A program made the position numbers and the translations under genes. The notes beneath the pieces were generated by a model. That model was not told where the DNA came from, did not search any database, and was given only the letters and a program-made list of their open reading frames with translations. Positions 1-9,241 of a stretch of 64,000 nucleotides of DNA are shown here, one piece after another (within the stretch, counting starts at the first letter, position 1; each line of letters opens with the position of its first letter). The stretch is taken from the NCBI GenBank assembly GCA_963707915.1, contig OY970178.1, positions 960,001 through 1,024,000 on the forward strand, read 5' to 3'. The stretch comes from Candidatus Eiseniibacteriota bacterium (GTDB lineage: Bacteria > Eisenbacteria > RBG-16-71-46).

Positions 1-870
1 CTGGTGCTGAAGGCGGTCGCCCCGCTGGGGCCGGAGTACGTGAGCACGCTGCGACAGGGCCTCGAGAACGGGTGGACGGACTGGATGCCGACGACCGGCA
101 AGCAGTCGGGCGCCTACAGCGAGGCGGTCTACGGCGTCCACCCCTACCAGCTGCTGAACTTCACCGGGCTGTACGAGGAGGTCTCGACCCTGGCCCACGA
201 GTCGGGCCACTCGATGCACAGCTACCTGTCGGACCGGACCCAGCCGTACGTCACCCGCGAGTACAAGACCTTCGTCGCGGAGGTCGCCTCGACGCTCAAC
301 GAGAACCTCCTGCTCCAGTACATGCTCGGCCAGACCCGCGACCGGGACACGCGGCTGTTCCTGCTCGGCAGCCGGCTGGACGACCTGCGGCTGACGCTCT
401 TCCGCCAGGTGCTGTTCGCCGAGTTCGAGCTGAAGATCCACGAGATGGCCGAGCAGGGCCAGCCGCTGACCGGCGAGAAGCTGAGCGAGGTCTACCTCGG
501 GCTGCTCAAGGAGTACTACGGGGACGCGCAGGGCGTCTGCCGGGTGAAGGACCTCTACGGGGTGGAGTGGGCGTACATCCAGCACTTCTACATGGATTTC
601 TACGTCTTCCAGTACGCCACCAGCATCATCGGCTCGTCCGCGATCGCCACGGAGATGCGCGCCGAGGCGGCGGCGAGGAAGCCGCTGACGAGGCAGCGCG
701 ACGCCTACCTGCGGATGCTCGCGGCCGGCTCCTCGAAGGACCCCATCGACGAGCTGAAGGACGCGGGCGTGGACATGACCACGCCGGCGCCGTTCGGCGC
801 GGCCATGCGGGAGATGAACGGCATCATGGACGAGATGGAGAAGCTGCTCGCGGAGAAGCCGAAGAAGTAG
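1..870 (+). CDS. pepF: Oligoendopeptidase F (M3B), 5'-truncated by window edge
   Basis: GKQSGAYS and HPYQLLNF motifs, zinc motif TLAHESGH, FVAEVAST, FYVFQYAT. Confidence 0.93.
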   Translation: MVLKAVAPLGPEYVSTLRQGLENGWTDWMPTTGKQSGAYSEAVYGVHPYQLLNFTGLYEEVSTLAHESGHSMHSYLSDRTQPYVTREYKTFVAEVASTLNENLLLQYMLGQTRDRDTRLFLLGSRLDDLRLTLFRQVLFAEFELKIHEMAEQGQPLTGEKLSEVYLGLLKEYYGDAQGVCRVKDLYGVEWAYIQHFYMDFYVFQYATSIIGSSAIATEMRAEAAARKPLTRQRDAYLRMLAAGSSKDPIDELKDAGVDMTTPAPFGAAMREMNGIMDEMEKLLAEKPKK

Positions 871-938
871 CCGCGCGCCGGCGCCGCGCGGTCCGATCGT
901 GGCCGCGCGGCGCCGGACCGCCCCGCCTGGAGGACCGC

Positions 939-2828
939 ATGAGAACCGACCGCCGCCTGCTGCTCGCCCTCGCCCTCGCCACCGGCACGATGCTCGCCGT
1001 CCCCGCCGCCGCCACCGAGCGCGCCGACGTCCCGGACCGGTACAAGTGGAGGATCACCGACCTCTACCCGACCGAACCGGCCTGGACGCAGGCTCGCGAC
1101 GACATCGCCGCGCGCATCCCGAAGCTCGCCGCCTTCCAGGGCCGGCTGGGCGAATCGGCCGGCGTGCTCCACGAGGCGCTCTCGACCTACATGGACCTCT
1201 ACCGCGACCTGGGCAGGCTGTCGGCCTACGCCAGCCTGCGGGCCGACGAAGACACGCGCGTGGCCCACCCGCGGGAGCTGGACCAGATGGCCTCCGCGCT
1301 GGGCGTCCAGCTGGGCGAGGCCTCGTCGTTCGTCACGCCGGAACTCCTGGCGCTGGGGGCGGCCCGCGTGCGGGCCTTCGTGGCCCAGGACCCCCGGCTC
1401 GCGCCCCTGCGCCCGTGGCTCGAGGACGTGCTGCGCTACGAGGCACACACGCTGAGCGCCGCCGAGGAGAAGGTGGCCTCGCAGTACGGGTTGATGACCG
1501 ACGGCCCCGGCCGCACCTACGGCATGTTCGCCAACGGCGACCTGCCCTACCCGGAGGTCACGCTCTCCACCGGCCAGCGGGTGCGACTCGACGGGTCGGG
1601 CTACGTCCTCCACCGCGCCTCCACGAACCGCGCGGACCGCTTCGAGGTGTTCCGGGCGTTCTGGACCGCCTACCGGCAGTTCGAGCGCACCATCGGCACC
1701 ACGCTGGACGCCCGGGTCAAGACCCGCGTCGCCGACCAGCGGGTGCACCGGTTCGATTCGTGCCTGGAGGACGCGCTCTTCGGCGGGAACATCCCGGTCG
1801 GCGTCTACCGGCAGCTCATCGCCGACGTGCACGCCAACCTGCCGACGCTGCACCGCTACCTGGCGCTCCGCCGGCGCATGCTGGGGCTGGACACGCTCTA
1901 CTACCAGGATCTCTACGCGCCGGTGGTCAGGGAGGTGTCCCTGGCCTACACGCCCGAGCAGGCGATGGCCCTCGTGCTCGAGGCGGTGGCGCCGCTCGGC
2001 CCCGGGTACGCCGCGCCGCTCCGGCAGGGCTTCGAGAACGGCTGGGTGGACTGGATGCCCTCCACCGGCAAGCGCTCGGGCGCGTACAACCTCGGCGTCT
2101 ACGGCGCGCACCCGTACGAGCTGCTCAACTTCAACGGCACCTACGACGACGTCGCGACGCTGGCGCACGAGGGCGGACACTCGATGCATTCCTTCCTCGC
2201 CGCGGCGCACCAGCCCTACGCCACCTACGGCTACAAACCGTTCGTGGCGGAGGTGGCCTCGACGCTGAACGAGAACCTGCTCCTCCACCACGTGCTGGAC
2301 CGGACCCGGGACCGCGACACGCGCCTCTTCCTGCTGGGGAGCCGGCTGGACGACCTGCGCGGGACGCTCTTCCGCCAGACGCTCTTCGCCGAATTCGAAC
2401 TGAAGATCCACGAGCTGGCGGAGAAGGACCAGCCGCTCACCGGGGAGAAGCTGAGCCAGCTCTACCTGGCCCTGTTGCGGGAGTACTACGGGGACGCGCA
2501 GGGCGTGTGCCGGGTTCCCGAGCTGCTGGGCATCGAGTGGGCCTTCATCGCGCAGTTCTGGACCCACGACTTCTACGTCTACCAGTACGCGACCAGCATC
2601 GTCGGCTCGACCACCATCGCCGCGAACCTGCGCGCCGAGGCGGCGGCCCGCAAGCCCGCGACCAAGACGCGCGACGCCTACCTCGCGATGCTCGAGGCCG
2701 GCGGGAGCCGCCACCCCATCGAACTGCTGAAGGGCGCGGGCGTGGACATGACCACCCCGGCGCCGTTCGCCGCCGCGATGCGGGAGATGAACGACATCAT
2801 GGACGAGATGGAGAAGCTGCTGAGGTAG
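939..2828 (+). CDS. pepF: Oligoendopeptidase F paralog with N-terminal signal peptide
   Basis: ATG at 939 after GGAGG. MRTDRRLLLALALATGTMLAVPAAA signal-like N-terminus, then ERADVPDRYKW, GKRSGAY, TLAHEGGH, FVAEVAST. Confidence 0.93.
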   Translation: MRTDRRLLLALALATGTMLAVPAAATERADVPDRYKWRITDLYPTEPAWTQARDDIAARIPKLAAFQGRLGESAGVLHEALSTYMDLYRDLGRLSAYASLRADEDTRVAHPRELDQMASALGVQLGEASSFVTPELLALGAARVRAFVAQDPRLAPLRPWLEDVLRYEAHTLSAAEEKVASQYGLMTDGPGRTYGMFANGDLPYPEVTLSTGQRVRLDGSGYVLHRASTNRADRFEVFRAFWTAYRQFERTIGTTLDARVKTRVADQRVHRFDSCLEDALFGGNIPVGVYRQLIADVHANLPTLHRYLALRRRMLGLDTLYYQDLYAPVVREVSLAYTPEQAMALVLEAVAPLGPGYAAPLRQGFENGWVDWMPSTGKRSGAYNLGVYGAHPYELLNFNGTYDDVATLAHEGGHSMHSFLAAAHQPYATYGYKPFVAEVASTLNENLLLHHVLDRTRDRDTRLFLLGSRLDDLRGTLFRQTLFAEFELKIHELAEKDQPLTGEKLSQLYLALLREYYGDAQGVCRVPELLGIEWAFIAQFWTHDFYVYQYATSIVGSTTIAANLRAEAAARKPATKTRDAYLAMLEAGGSRHPIELLKGAGVDMTTPAPFAAAMREMNDIMDEMEKLLR

Positions 2829-2859
2829 GCGGAACCCGCACCGTTCGCGCGGGGTGATC

Positions 2860-2893
2860 GAATGGCGCCGGCCCGCCGGGTCCGGCGCCATTC
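2860..2893. terminator. GC-rich hairpin between convergent genes
   Basis: GAATGGCGCCGG ... CCGGCGCCATTC 12-bp inverted repeat, no clear U-tract. Confidence 0.55.
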
Positions 2894-2910
2894 CGCGATC
2901 CGTCCGCCGC

Positions 2911-3240
2911 TCAGCGCGAGCGCAGGTCCTTCACGCGGAGCTCCCAGACGATGCCGCGCCGCGGATCGTCGGCGAGGATGCAGCGCGGGTCTGCGATCTC
3001 CTCGTCCTGGAGGATGAGGATGAGCCGGCCGCCGCCGTGGAGGTAGACGTAGGCGTGCTCGCCCTGGAAGCGCACTTCCACCCCGTCGATCATGCCGTAG
3101 TCGGGGTTGAGGACGCTGGCCTGGTAACGCCTGCCATCCACGCTCCTGCCCTGGAACGTGGCGGCGGCGGCCGGCTCCGCGCACAACGATGCCGCGAGCA
3201 GGCCCGTGACGGCCAGCGTGATCGGTCGGGTGCGGCTCAT
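2911..3240 (-). CDS. Small secreted hypothetical protein (109 aa)
   Basis: MSRTRPITLAVTGLLAASLCAEPAAA signal-like N-terminus, GGAGAGGG upstream, host-like codon usage. Confidence 0.7.
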   Translation of the reverse strand: MSRTRPITLAVTGLLAASLCAEPAAAATFQGRSVDGRRYQASVLNPDYGMIDGVEVRFQGEHAYVYLHGGGRLILILQDEEIADPRCILADDPRRGIVWELRVKDLRSR

Positions 3241-3371
3241 GACGCCCTCTCCGTCCACCCGGGACGGCCCCCGCCCGGGCGAACGGCCCCAGCGTACACC
3301 CGTCCGCGCGTCCCGCACCGCTCCCGCGTCACCAGCGCCCCCCGGGGGCCTCCCAGCGACGGTCCGACCCG

Positions 3372-4904
3372 CTACCAGGACGTCGCCAGCGGGCCCGCCT
3401 CGGCCTGCACCGCGTCCAGCACGTCGCAGCGCTCGACCGCCGCCTGCATGGCGTTGTGGTCCGGGAACAGCGGCCGGTCCACGTCGAGGTGCTCGACCAC
3501 CTTCCGCACCGCGGCCCGCGCCGCGAGCGTGCCCCGGCCCGGCGTGAACTCGCGGAAGTCGAGGGCCTGCGACGCGCCGATCAGCTCGATCGCCAGCACG
3601 CCGTGGGCGTTCTTGAGGATCTGCTTCGCCTTCAGCGCGCCGTTCATGCCCATGCTCACGAAGTCCTCCTGGTCGGCCGCCGCCGGGATGGACTGGATGC
3701 AGGAGGGCATGCTCAGGATGCGCTGCTCGACGATCAGCATGTCGGCGGTGTACTGGCTGAGCATCAGGCCCGAGAACATGCCGGCGCCCTTGGTGAGGAA
3801 CGCGGGCAGCCCCACGCTCAGGGCCGGGTTCAGCAGCCGGTTGAGCCGGCGCTCGGACAGCACCGAGACCATGGTCAGCCCCGCCGCCACCATGTCGATC
3901 GGCAGGCTGATCGGCGTGCCCTGGAAGTTCGCGCCGGTCAGCACGCGGCCCTCCTCGTGCACGAAGATGGGATTGTCGGCGACCCCGTTCGGCTCGATCT
4001 CGAGCTGCACGCGAGCGTAGGCCATGAGGTCGCGGAGCGCGCCGATCACCTGCGGCGTCGAGCGCATCGAGTAGGCGTCCTGGACCTTGACCTTGAGCTT
4101 GCCGGTCACCAGGTCCGAGCCCTCCATCACGCGGCGCAGGTTGGCGGCGCACTTCACCGCACCGGGGAAACCGCGCAGCTCGTGGAGCTTCGCCTGGTAG
4201 GGCTTCAGGTTGGCGAGCAGCGCCTCCAGCGTCATCGCGGCCGCGATCTCGGCCTGGGCGATCCAGCGCTCGGCATCGTGGAGCAGCAGGCACCCGATGC
4301 CGGTGATGAGGTTCGAGCCGTTGATGGCCGCGAGCCCGTCGCGGGCCTGGAGCCCCGGCACCGGGATCCCGGCGCGGGCCATGGCGTCCTTCGTGGGCAT
4401 GCGCTCGCCCTCGTAGAAGCTCTCGCCCTCGCCCATCAGGCACAATGCGACCTGGCTCATCGGGGCGAGGTCGCCGCAGGCCCCGACGCTGCCCTTCTCG
4501 CACACCACCGGGGTCACCCCGCGGTTCAGCATCTCGAGGTACGTGAGGGTGATCTCGGGACGGCAGCCGGAGTAGCCGCGCGCGTGCACGTTGATGCGGC
4601 TCGTCATGGCGGCGCGCACGTGCTCGACCGGGCACGGATCCCCGATGCCCGCGGCGTGGTTGTAGATCAGGTAGCGCTGGAACTGCTTCACCTGCTCGTC
4701 GTCGAGCACGACCTCCGAGAACTCGCCGATGCCGGTGTTGACGCCGTACATGATCTCGCGGGCCTGGATCTTCTCCTCGAGCATCCCGCGGCAGGCGCGG
4801 ATGCGCTCGACCGCTTCGGGGGCCAGCGTCGCCGGTTCCCCGTGGCGCGCCACCTTCACCAGGTCTTCGATCGTCAGGCTGCTGCCATCCAGTCGCACGG
4901 CCAT
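3372..4904 (-). CDS. hutH: Histidine ammonia-lyase / aromatic amino acid lyase family (MIO enzyme)
   Basis: YGVNTGIG, NHAAG, GSVGACGDLAP, VQDAYSMR, GANFQG, QEDFVSMG. Start MAVRLDG after GAGGAG. Substrate not proven. Confidence 0.85.
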   Translation of the reverse strand: MAVRLDGSSLTIEDLVKVARHGEPATLAPEAVERIRACRGMLEEKIQAREIMYGVNTGIGEFSEVVLDDEQVKQFQRYLIYNHAAGIGDPCPVEHVRAAMTSRINVHARGYSGCRPEITLTYLEMLNRGVTPVVCEKGSVGACGDLAPMSQVALCLMGEGESFYEGERMPTKDAMARAGIPVPGLQARDGLAAINGSNLITGIGCLLLHDAERWIAQAEIAAAMTLEALLANLKPYQAKLHELRGFPGAVKCAANLRRVMEGSDLVTGKLKVKVQDAYSMRSTPQVIGALRDLMAYARVQLEIEPNGVADNPIFVHEEGRVLTGANFQGTPISLPIDMVAAGLTMVSVLSERRLNRLLNPALSVGLPAFLTKGAGMFSGLMLSQYTADMLIVEQRILSMPSCIQSIPAAADQEDFVSMGMNGALKAKQILKNAHGVLAIELIGASQALDFREFTPGRGTLAARAAVRKVVEHLDVDRPLFPDHNAMQAAVERCDVLDAVQAEAGPLATSW

Positions 4905-5242
4905 GGAGATCTCCTCGGTGGTCGGTCCAGCATCGGGCGGGAGTCCGCGGGAGACTACACCAACGGCGGAGCGCTGTCCGGCCCGGGGACCGGACCCGCG
5001 CCCCATTCGCCTATCCGCTACGCCCTTGGTAGCATCGCGCGGCACCCCGAGGCTGGTCTACGATGCCTGCGCGTGTGCCCGGGGACGGTCCCGGGAGACT
5101 CCGAGATGCGTGCGAAGCACCGGACACGCGCGCCACGGCACGGCCGAACACCGTCGCCCGGCGCGCGCGAAGGCCGCGACCCGTCCATGGGCGCGGCGGT
5201 GCCGCCGAGAGCCGTGTGGCCGCTAGCGCCGAAAGGGAACCG

Positions 5243-6940
5243 ATGTCACGTCCGAACGTCGATGCAAGCTGCCCCATTAAGGTGTCGCTGCGCGGCAACG
5301 CCCTGCTCAAGGATCCGCTGTTCAACAAGGGGCTCGCCTTCACCGCCGAGGAGCGCCAGGTCTTCGGGCTCGAGGGCCTGCTGCCCAAGGCCCAGCGGAC
5401 CATCCAGGACCAGGTGGCCACCGCGCTCGAGCACGTTCGCGCCAAGGCCACGCCGCTCGAGAAGTTCATCGGGCTGGCCGCGTTGCAGGACCGCGACGAG
5501 ACGCTGTTCTACCGCGTGATCGTCGAGAACCTGCAGGAGTTCCTGCCCATCGTCTACACGCCCACGGTGGGCGCCGCCTGCCAGAACTACAGCCACATCT
5601 TCCGCAACCCGCGCGGGCTGTGGATCACGCCCGCGGACATCGCGCGCATCCCCGAGATCCTGCGCGGCGCCCCCAACCAGGACATCCGCCTCATCGTCGC
5701 GACCGACAACGAGCGCATCCTCGGCCTGGGCGACCAGGGTGCGGGCGGCATGGGCATCCCGGTCGGCAAGCTGGCGCTCTACACCGCCGCCGCGGGCATC
5801 CACCCCACCCAGTGCCTGCCGGTGAGCCTCGACGTCGGCACCGACAACCAGGCGCTGCTCGACGACCCCTACTACATCGGCTGGCGGCACAAGCGGCTGC
5901 GCGGCGACGCGTACTTCCAGTTCATCGAGGTCTTCGTGCTGGCCGTCAAGGAGGTCTTCCCGCGCGCGCTGCTGCAGTGGGAGGACTTCCTCAAGGAGAC
6001 CGCCTTCGCCGTGCTGGACCGCTACCGCAAGCGGATCACCAGCTTCAACGACGACATCCAGGGCACCTCGGGCATCGCGGTGGCCGGCCTGCTGGCGGCG
6101 TTGCGCATCACCGGCATCCCGCTCGCCGAGCAGCGCATCGTCTACGCGGGCGCCGGCGCGGCCGGCGTGGGCATCGCGCGCCTGGTGCGCACGGCCATCC
6201 AGGAGCAGTGCGGCGACGCCGGCAAGGTGCGGATGGCGCAGGTGCTGGTGGACACGCGGGGACTGGTCTGGGAGTCGGGCGAGAAGCTGCAGGCCCACAA
6301 GCGGGAGTTCGCGCTCCAGCGCGCCGACCTCGACCGGCTCGGGCTCAAGGGCCCGGGGCCGTTCGACCTGCTCTCGGTGGTGAAGGCGTACAAGCCCACG
6401 ATGCTCCTGGGCACCAGCGCCACGCCGGGCCTCTTCACCGAGGAGATCGTCCGCGAGATGGCGAAGCACGCGGAGCGGCCGATCATCTTCGCCTACAGCA
6501 ACCCGACCTCGAAGACCGAGGTGAAGCCCGAGGACGCCATCGCCTGGACCGGCGGTCGCGCCATCCTGGCGACCGGGAGCCCCTTCCCTCCCGTCACCTA
6601 CCAGGGGAAGACCTACGAGATCGGCCAGGGCAACAACGCCTTCGTCTTCCCGGGCGTGGGGCTCGGCGCGATCCTCGCCGAGGCCAGCGAGGTGACGGAC
6701 TCGATGTTCCTGGTGGCCGCCAAGGCGGTGGCGGAGTGCGTCTCCGAGGAGCGGCTGAAGACGGGAGCCATCTACCCCGACCAGTCCGAGATGCGCGCGG
6801 TCAGTGCGCGGATCGCGGCCGGGGTCATCCGGGATGCGCAACGCCAGGGCCTGGGACGCATCATCCCGGACGGGGAGATCGAGAAGCTGGTGGCGGACGG
6901 CATGTGGTATCCGGAGTACCGTCCGTACGTCCCTGCCTGA
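5243..6940 (+). CDS. maeA: NAD-dependent malic enzyme
   Basis: [58 protein letters not shown]. Confidence 0.95.
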   Translation: MSRPNVDASCPIKVSLRGNALLKDPLFNKGLAFTAEERQVFGLEGLLPKAQRTIQDQVATALEHVRAKATPLEKFIGLAALQDRDETLFYRVIVENLQEFLPIVYTPTVGAACQNYSHIFRNPRGLWITPADIARIPEILRGAPNQDIRLIVATDNERILGLGDQGAGGMGIPVGKLALYTAAAGIHPTQCLPVSLDVGTDNQALLDDPYYIGWRHKRLRGDAYFQFIEVFVLAVKEVFPRALLQWEDFLKETAFAVLDRYRKRITSFNDDIQGTSGIAVAGLLAALRITGIPLAEQRIVYAGAGAAGVGIARLVRTAIQEQCGDAGKVRMAQVLVDTRGLVWESGEKLQAHKREFALQRADLDRLGLKGPGPFDLLSVVKAYKPTMLLGTSATPGLFTEEIVREMAKHAERPIIFAYSNPTSKTEVKPEDAIAWTGGRAILATGSPFPPVTYQGKTYEIGQGNNAFVFPGVGLGAILAEASEVTDSMFLVAAKAVAECVSEERLKTGAIYPDQSEMRAVSARIAAGVIRDAQRQGLGRIIPDGEIEKLVADGMWYPEYRPYVPA

Positions 6941-6958
6941 GGTCGGATCCTGATCCCG

Positions 6959-6988
6959 GCGGGCGGCTCCCACACCGGGGCCGCCCGC
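6959..6988 (+). terminator. Hairpin downstream of maeA
   Basis: GCGGGCGGCTCC-loop-GGGGCCGCCCGC inverted repeat just after the stop codon. Confidence 0.45.
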
Positions 6989-7079
6989 CCTCACTTGGGG
7001 AGCGGAGTCCTTTCGCGCATCATGGGCCGCCCGCCGAGGGCGCACGCGGGTGCGCCATCGGCGAACCGAAGAGGTCCGG

Positions 7080-8033
7080 ATGGGATCGAGCATCGAGAGC
7101 CGACGCGAAGCACCGCCGGGCGGGCACGCCGGGCCACGGCCCGTGCTGGCCTGGGGCGCCTGGGCCTCGTGCAGCCTCATCTGGGGCAGCACGTTCCTGT
7201 TCATCAGCCTCGGCAACGGCGCGCTGGCCCCGGTCTGGGCCGCGTCCCTCCGGCTCGCGCTCGCCGCCGCGCTGCTCACGCTGATCGCGCTCGCCCTGCG
7301 GCACCCGTTCCCGCGGGGACCGGCGCTGCGCGCCGCGATGGCCTACGGCTTCCTCCAGTTCGGCGTCAACTTCCCGCTGCTCTACTGGGGCGAGCAGACC
7401 TTCCCCTCGGGCCTCTCGGCCGTGATCTACGCCACCATCCCGCTGAGCACCGCGCTGATGACCGCCGCGCTGGGGATGGAGCGGCTCACGCCGTACCGGC
7501 TCGCCGGCGCGGGCGTGGCGCTGGCGGGGGTGGCCGTGCTCTTCTCGGACCAGCTCGGCGGGGCCGTGGGACTGGTGCCCGGTGTGGCCATCGTCTGCGC
7601 CGCGACCTTCGCGGCCTGGTCGGGCGTGATCCTCAAGCGCGGGCCGCGCCAATCCCCGCTCTGGTCCAACGCGGTGGGCGCCGTCACCGGGCTCGTCGTC
7701 TGCCTGGTGGTGAGCTCCGCCCTCGGCGAGCCGCACCCCTTCCCGGCCCGCTTCGCCGCCTGGTTCCCGGTGCTCTACCTCACCCTGGCCGGCTCGGTCG
7801 GGGCCTTCGTGCTCTTCGCCTGGCTCATCAACCACTGGCCGGTGACGCGGGTGAGCTTCATCGGCGTGGTGAACCCGGTCGTGGCGCTGCTGCTCGGCTG
7901 GCTGGTCCGCGACGAGCACCTCACCCGGGCGAGCCTCGGTGGCTCGGCGCTCATCCTGGTCGGGCTCGTGCTCGGGCTGAGGAGCGGCGGGGCCGGCGCG
8001 GCCCGCTTGCGACCCGCGAACGACGGGCGCTAG
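7080..8033 (+). CDS. EamA/DMT family transporter
   Basis: LIWGSTF start motif, about 10 hydrophobic helices in two repeats, NPVVALLLG. Confidence 0.9.
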   Translation: MGSSIESRREAPPGGHAGPRPVLAWGAWASCSLIWGSTFLFISLGNGALAPVWAASLRLALAAALLTLIALALRHPFPRGPALRAAMAYGFLQFGVNFPLLYWGEQTFPSGLSAVIYATIPLSTALMTAALGMERLTPYRLAGAGVALAGVAVLFSDQLGGAVGLVPGVAIVCAATFAAWSGVILKRGPRQSPLWSNAVGAVTGLVVCLVVSSALGEPHPFPARFAAWFPVLYLTLAGSVGAFVLFAWLINHWPVTRVSFIGVVNPVVALLLGWLVRDEHLTRASLGGSALILVGLVLGLRSGGAGAARLRPANDGR

Positions 8034-8118
8034 CATCGGCGGCCGGTGCCGCATCGACCGAGGTGACCGCCGCGGGCCCCTTCCCGCACGGGCGACCGTA
8101 CCCGAGGAGGCCGACGAC

Positions 8119-9120
8119 ATGTCCCGGGCGGGTGGATGGGCGGGCTGGGCACGTCGGCTCGGCGTCCGCCGGCCGGCGCGCAGGGCGGAGTACGGGCCCC
8201 GGCTCGGTCCACGGGGCAGCACCAGCGTCCCGGGCCTGTTCGTGGTCGGCGCCCTCGCCGGGGCCGAGTCGCTCGAGGAGGCCCGGGAAGGGGCCGCGGG
8301 CGCCGTGCAGTCCATCTTCGCCCTCGACGCGCCGCGCACCTCCCCCCCGCCCACCGGCACCCGCGACCTGGTCATCGTGGGTGCGGGCGCCGCGGGCTTC
8401 GCTGCGGCGCTGGCCGCGCGCGCCATGCACCTCGAATGCGAGCTCGTCGAGGCCCACGAGCCGATCGTCCCCCTGGACGAGCTGCGCGCGCGCACCGGGG
8501 CGGCCGTGCGCATCGCGCGGGCCGAGCGCATCGAGCCCGCGGAGGGGCACCTGCGCGTCCGGATCGCCGGCGGCGACACCGTGGCGGGGCGGCGCGTCGT
8601 CGTCGCCACCGGCCAGGGCGGCTGCCCGCGCCGGCTCGGTCTCCCCGGCGAGGAGCTCGGTCACGTCTTCCACCGCCTGCACGATCCCGCGGACTTCGCG
8701 GGGCGCCGGGTGGTGATCGTGGGCGGCGGCCAGTGCGCCGCGCAGGCGGCCATCGCCCTGGCCGAGCACGGGGCCGAGGTGACGCTGCTCTACCGCGGTG
8801 CGGTGCTGACCCGGCCGCGCTACCGGACCCTCTCGCGCCTCAGCGAACTGCTCGCCGGCGCGCCCGTCGAGCCGTTCCGCCGCGGCCAGCGCCGCAGCGC
8901 CGTGCCGCGCCGAGCGCCCGGGCCCGGCACGGTCGCGCTCCGCTTGATGACCCGCCCGCTGGAGATCCGGGCGCACGAGACCTTGCTCGGCCCCGCGGAC
9001 GGCCCGCCGGAGGCGGTGGCCACGGACGCCGTGCTCATCCTCGCCGGCCGCGACCCGGACGACGAACTGCTCGAGGGTTCGGGCGTGGCGATGCGCGGCC
9101 GGCGCCCCGCGACCCGATAG
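8119..9120 (+). CDS. FAD/NAD(P)-binding thioredoxin-reductase-like oxidoreductase (divergent)
   Basis: IVGAGAAG FAD motif, VVATG, PRRLGLPGE, VIVGGGQCA nucleotide-binding motif. Confidence 0.65.
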   Translation: MSRAGGWAGWARRLGVRRPARRAEYGPRLGPRGSTSVPGLFVVGALAGAESLEEAREGAAGAVQSIFALDAPRTSPPPTGTRDLVIVGAGAAGFAAALAARAMHLECELVEAHEPIVPLDELRARTGAAVRIARAERIEPAEGHLRVRIAGGDTVAGRRVVVATGQGGCPRRLGLPGEELGHVFHRLHDPADFAGRRVVIVGGGQCAAQAAIALAEHGAEVTLLYRGAVLTRPRYRTLSRLSELLAGAPVEPFRRGQRRSAVPRRAPGPGTVALRLMTRPLEIRAHETLLGPADGPPEAVATDAVLILAGRDPDDELLEGSGVAMRGRRPATR

Positions 9121-9241
9121 CCGCGGCCCGGGTCGCGGCACCGCGGCGCCATGGCCCGGCCGGACTCGCCGTCGGCCTCACCGGTGCGGATGCACGGGCG
9201 CCCGCGAGCGTCGCCGGTGGGCTCCCCGCCGGCCCCGGGGC

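Noticed and set aside
72..938. N-terminal extension of the 918-aa ORF
   Set aside because: Out-of-frame overlap with the first pepF. The real start is ATG 939 with a GGAGG site and signal peptide.
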